Source: Raillietiella orientalis
Taxonomy: Eukaryota
Direction of reading: 5' to 3'
DNA: 64,000 nt
Assembly (NCBI GenBank): GCA_036172245.1
Contig: JAYWIR010000033.1
Location: 1,860,001-1,924,000, forward strand
Of this stretch, positions 61,621 to 64,000 are shown piece by piece; within the stretch, counting starts at the first letter, position 1, and the number at the start of each line of letters is the position of its first letter. A program made the position numbers and the translations under genes. The notes under the pieces are model-generated. The model had not been told where the DNA came from and ran no database searches. It saw nothing but the letters and a program-made list of their open reading frames with translations.

Positions 61621-62409
61621 GCTGAAAGGGCAAAAAAAAAAAAAAAAAAAAATGGAACGTGAAGAAAGTTCCGGAGTTCAGCAGCGCTGCGCTTCCGTTT
61701 GCAGGGCACTTGGAGGGCAGTTCCAGCCTGCCATCCCGGCTATGATCCTTTCTTCCTGTGCTTCTTCCGGGAGTTCAAAAAGCAGGGAATGAATCTTCAG
61801 TCCCACTGGATCAACGAGCAGCCACACAGAATAGAAGGAAAAACCGAGGGACGAAGGGTTCCGATCCAAAGACTTCGTCCTCGGCAGAAAAGGACAGCAA
61901 TCGAATTTGGACGAAAAGGATGCTCTTTTGCTGCACCGAGGATCTCCAAGGGAAAGCTGGGGCTCCGCGTCAGCAGGAAGAGCCCGTGAGAAACATGTGC
62001 ATCCCCAAATTGCCCGGAAGCAAAAATCAACTCAGGGTCTTCCTTTCATTTCCAGTCATTTCTGGAAGTTCTCTCTTCTCTAAGGCTGATTTTCTGCTTC
62101 ATTGTCCTGCCCTCGATCTGCGGTTAGGGACACGAGCATTCTTCCTCTTTCATCCCTGAAATGCTGTCTAGCGAATGAACAATGGCAAGGGGCATTTTAC
62201 CCGGAGTTGAGATGACCACTGAAGAGCACCGAGCAGTGGGATGGGCAAGAAAGGAGGTTGGAAAATCGCAAAATCCCACCAGCAGCGTCGAAGTAGAGGT
62301 GGTGGAATGGCAATGGGACGCTCAGGGAGCGTAGCAGCCGCTAGGCAAAACTCCGAAGCTCGCCATGCCTTCACTAAGATGCCTCCGGGAAATTGTGACC
62401 TGATGTGGT

Positions 62410-63020
62410 TCAGTCATCACTGGCTCACAGTGTCTGCCTCTTGGTTTCATTAGAATACCTCGGCAAGGCGCGTTTCGTTGACATCATCAACTACAGAACC
62501 ACGTCTCTTCCTGGCCGAAGGAAACCCGGAAACTGTCTATCCTCCTTCCCAACGAAATCGATTCCGCGGAACGTGGAGAATCTTCTCATCCCTGCAATTT
62601 TCCCTGTCCTGTGCCAGCTGTCGTTTCACCATTCCGAAGATCCCCACCGCGCTCGGCAACGGGGAAGGCCTACTGCCCCACTGGCCTTGCAGCAGTGCCT
62701 ACTTCACGGTGATAATGGGCTGCGAAAACTGGGGATCAGGAGATCCCTCCTCAGAGAAGAAGAAGGAAAGAAAGCCTCCGTGCTGTCCGACAATGCTGGG
62801 AGGAAAAGAAGGCCTAGAAGAATCTCGAAAGTGGGAAAGACTCGGAATAGGTTTAGGAGGTGCTGGCATCAGATGCTGCCTCTGCGACTGCCGACATGGC
62901 GGAAGTCCCCCAGCAGAAAGAGGAATCTTTTCGGATTGCATTCCCACTGACTCCGCCTCCGCGTTTCGCACGAGGACTCCAAGGAACTCCACAGCCTGGC
63001 AGAAGGATGTGTATCCACGG
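62410..63020 (-). mobile_element. Possible decayed DIRS-like (or other LTR-class) RT/RNase H remnant
   Basis: Minus strand CQAVEFLGVLV...VGMQSEKI (from ~63003, like P.Q.IEFLG..ID....LP.EKI); SIVGQHGGFLSF; NQEADTVSQ (~62446-62420, like N..AD.LSR). Confidence 0.3.
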
Positions 63021-64000
63021 CGTTCGCGTCCTGGTGCTCGAGGAGTCTCCATAAGCAGCTGTGTGGACCTCCCTTTACGAATCCTGCCGTCTCGTGAAGC
63101 CATCGCTCCAGATTGCGGCTGCACAGCTACTGCTTGCACAGCCGCGTAGACTTCGAGATGGAGAGGATGGCTCGACGCTTTCCCCGAGGAAACTGGGACT
63201 ATTAAAAGATGAAAATCTGGGAATGTGATGAATGAAAACCGTGACATGATAAACATCCTTTCCCGAAAGAGGGGAACGTTCATCCCATTTATCAGAGCCA
63301 AGAAACCGAGGTGACTTATGGAGCATTTCGTCCCGGACCTGATATTCGCAGGGAATTCTAAAACTTTGAGTTCCATAAATCGGCCGGAAATCGAATTAAA
63401 AACTCCGCCAAGGGAGCAAGTTTAATGACGCACTTGGCATCTCATGACAAGCGTCACATCCCTCGCCTGATTGACTTGGAATTGGATTAGCGTCTCCACG
63501 GTAACGCACCTTTACCGGAACGATCCGTGTCCCTCACCAGCTCCCGTGGCACTGAATGCCATCCAAGTGCCGCGCTCCCCGCCTGCTATCGAGGAAGAGA
63601 TTACGGACGGACGAAAGCGAAGTACCAAACTGAGCCGATGAGCGTTCTTTTAGCCACTGTTGCACGGCAAAAGATCAGATTGAAATTATCATTTGTGAAA
63701 GCCAATTTCTAGAGCGAGCGTGTTGTGCCGTCAACATAACCAAAAGCATTAATCTTTGTCCCCCTTATCGAAAAGAAGGGACGTCTTTATCAGATGTTGG
63801 CAAGGCGATTGAAAATGAAGTGATCCATCAACGAATATCGACAGTCATTTGACAAATTGAGTTGATTTTGCTGGAACTCTTTTCTTCGACGAAAAGGAGC
63901 ATTTGCTCTGCGGAGCAAAGTGAACGAAGGACGAGATAACACGCTTTCTTGCTGGGGCAGAGAGCAGCCAAGTATCCGGGTTGACAAATGAATAATGAGC

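Overview
Eukaryotic, GC-rich animal genomic DNA, probably arthropod (inferred from the 28S fragment and the disco-r-type finger pair). The only well-supported gene is at the left end: the last two coding exons (332-567, 1294-4590, + strand) of a basonuclin/disconnected (disco/disco-r/BNC2) C2H2 zinc-finger transcription factor with three finger pairs, followed by an AATAAA signal. Its 5' exons lie outside the window. The remaining ~59 kb is a gene desert. It holds heavily decayed transposon fossils recognised only by motif (two hAT, MULE, BEL/Pao, two PIF/Harbinger, Sola-like, LINE endonuclease, DIRS-like), a ~550-bp 28S rRNA fragment ending near the protostome hidden-break region, two 555-bp structured repeat copies with an identical core, an inverted pair of tRNA-like elements, a short-hairpin minisatellite, an AT-rich island with a long palindrome, and some enhancer-like motif clusters. 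No CRISPR array or prokaryotic system was seen, and I cannot support a clearly new multi-gene system. All TE calls are by-eye motif matches that need HMM confirmation.
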